In this document: positions 61,470 to 64,000 of the stretch, piece after piece
Position numbering within the stretch: position 1 is the first letter of the stretch
Layout: each line of letters opens with the position of its first letter
Origin: Convolutriloba macropyga
Taxonomy: Eukaryota
NCBI RefSeq assembly: GCF_964194025.1
Contig: NC_134476.1
Location: forward strand, 61,752,001 to 61,816,000
Reading direction: 5' to 3'
DNA: 64,000 nt
Program-made: the position numbers and the translations under genes
The notes under the pieces: model-generated
Databases searched by the model: none
Told to the model about the DNA's origin: nothing
The model's input: the letters and a program-made list of their open reading frames with translations, nothing else

Positions 61470-64000
61470 AATTTCTTTTTATTTTACAATTTTACGCTCG
61501 ATTAACTATCTAATGGTACCGCTCATGTCTTTCCAAGTCAAATCTATTCATTGGTCAAAACAGACTTTACAAAAAAAGAGCATATACCTCCTCCTCCCTC
61601 CACGTGGGGTTGGAGTAACCAAAAATGAATTGATGGAAGCCAAAAATTATCGTTCTTTTAGCAGCAGCATTTTCTGCTATCTTAAAGAACATGCAAATAC
61701 AAAAAAATTGCAATACAAAAAAGTAAAGAAAAACACCCGCAAAACCAACACTAAATGTTGAAACAATAGACCAAGTTAGATTTCATACAATAAGATAACC
61801 TGTTTCTCATAACCTCACAAAGATTAGTTCAGTGTTATAAAATATTTCATAGAAAGCAAAAAAAGTTGCCGATAAATGACTAAATGTAAAGTTCATAAAG
61901 CAAAGCTCAAGATCATGCACGCCTTAACATTAACAGCTTAATACTCCGGTCAGGCTGAGCCCCATTAAATCTCGAATAACAAAAAAATCAAAACTAATTA
62001 ATACGATGAACGCCAGAACAAAAAAAATTAAAGTTAAACCAGGGTGAAATGCACTCCAAAAACAAGATCAAGTCCTGCACCAGGATGTGACAAAATTTTA
62101 ATAAAGTACTTTAAATGATGTTAGAGCTTATTACCGACCACTCTAATGATTTATATTGTACAGAAAACACCCATAAGGCAACAGATTTTACCTAGGTTTT
62201 TGCAGTAGACTATCATCAACTAATGTTGGCTCCCTAAAACTGTTTGTCGGATTGTAGCTCAAAAAAAGAAAAACAAAAGCGAAGAAAAAGTCGAACAAAA
62301 AATCAGATTAAGCACACAAAATTTGATGAAGGTATTTAAAAACAAAACCTCTCAAACAGAACAATGACAACAGATACCAAGTTTGGAGACGAATTGCACC
62401 AAACACTTCGAAAACAACTGGCAAAACTTTAAAACGTGAAAAAAATTCTAGACCAAAAAACAACTCCTTATTAAAAAGCACATTAAACATTTTAGAGATA
62501 CAACCAAAGCATAATGAAAAAGCAACAACAAAACAGGCAACAAAAACAGCGAACAAAAACTCACTGAAACCTATTATTTTTTAACAACGAATGGTCTCAG
62601 AGAAAAGAAAATAGCTACAAACTGCAACCACGAAATAGATTTAATTTCGTCTCACGTAAAAGAAACAACCAGGTCTGTCAATTGTGAGACTGCGAGACTA
62701 CAAAGCAAATAGACTAACAAGAACGGTAAAACAACAAGAACGGATAAAGAACGGTATCTGCTATTTTTTGAAAACAATGATCTCAAGGGAAGTACAAGTA
62801 TTGGCTACTCGTCTTAGCCATGAAATAGTTTGTATTTTATATCTTGTAATTCAGAAAGTAATGTTTTTCGTTACACGAGATTTGCAGCAACACAACATTA
62901 ACACAACAAGCATGCAAAATTAGACAAGATTCTTTACAAAAAAAGTTTTAAAGTCAAAAAAACACTTAAACAAAATTTCAACCAGATAAAACTGTGCCTT
63001 ACCGGAGAGCTAATGAGACCCTTCATTAACGAGACTACGTCAACAGTCAACAAAATGTTAAATACGGTCAAAACTCAAAGAAATCACTTTTTTTAACAGA
63101 GACAGCTGTAAATGGCTATCTGAAATGCAAACTTTCACTAAAAAATTTTGCCTCACTATAGAGCCAAAGATCTGTCATAAACGAGGCTAAGTTGGACGCA
63201 AAGTGCAAAGAGTCTAAGTCGTTCACTTTTACCACTAAATAAAATTGAATTGTGCCTCATTAGTGCCTGTGAGACTTGCCATTAACGAGTTTAAGTCAGA
63301 GGGCAACAACAATGCCTAAAATACGGGCTAAAATAATAATACGGGAAAAGTAGAGTCAAAGTTCTTAGAAACACTAGACATGAATTCTCACTAATAATTA
63401 GCTTCAGTTATTGATACTAAACGACAGGACAACAAAAAACTAAAAAGCTGGGCAAAACTAAAAACAACTGAGAATAATGAAAACAAATTGTGATGAAGTA
63501 GTTCGAACTTTTAGATATCAGTTGAATAAATAACACCTAATACGCTTCATTAATAAGAGCTAATAAAACCAGTCATTAATGAGACTACGAAACAAAACGC
63601 AAAAGTAAAAAAAACTGATATTTAAAAACAAACAGTACCAAAGTCATATAAACCATTAATTGCCCTGATGAATAACAAAAATATACACCATCACGTATGA
63701 CCTATTGAAACCATTAGTTAAAATCAGGAAAAAAACAGCAAGAACAAAATGAATTTACTATGCGAAAAAATTGCTGACAAAAATTTTGTTCGAACACCAA
63801 TTTCTTACTCTTAAGAGAGGAATTTGGGAAAAAATTATCCGCTTTACTATTACAGCATGAGTAAAATAAAAATTTCAATTAGAATTCTCATTCACGACAA
63901 AAATTCGAAAGTCTGAACCGATATTTAAAAAGACAGCGCGCAAATACAACTCAAATAGCTCGAATTGTAAGACGCAAAGATTAAACAAATATTCGTCTCG

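Overview
AT-rich, repeat-dense eukaryotic (probably invertebrate animal) genomic DNA; the organism cannot be determined from the sequence alone. Five protein-coding genes lie on the minus strand. From right to left they are: prefoldin subunit 3 (VBP1/PFDN3, 4 exons), RPS27 (2 exons), RPL8 (uninterrupted CDS), a divergent ~537-aa UDP-glycosyltransferase-like membrane protein (5 exons, degenerate UDP-binding signature), and the 5' part of BBS1 (6 exons seen, one tandemly duplicated; the gene continues past the left edge). Introns and intergenic DNA hold decayed LINEs, a Copia RNase H remnant, a solo LTR, MITEs, many local duplications and an ~880-bp inverted duplication. The most striking feature is a set of at least four non-autonomous Helentron/Helitron2-like (HINE) families. 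They share one end architecture (5' hairpin with a GAA triloop, asymmetric TIRs, 3' hairpin, CTATG-TTT end, no TSD), but each has its own inverted-repeat 'key'. All recognised copies are co-oriented with the genes (apart from those inside the inverted duplication), and they repeatedly insert just inside each other's 5' ends, giving a four-level nest at 10.7-13.0 kb. One family carries a tRNA-derived Pol III cassette. All calls are by-eye readings; no searches were run.
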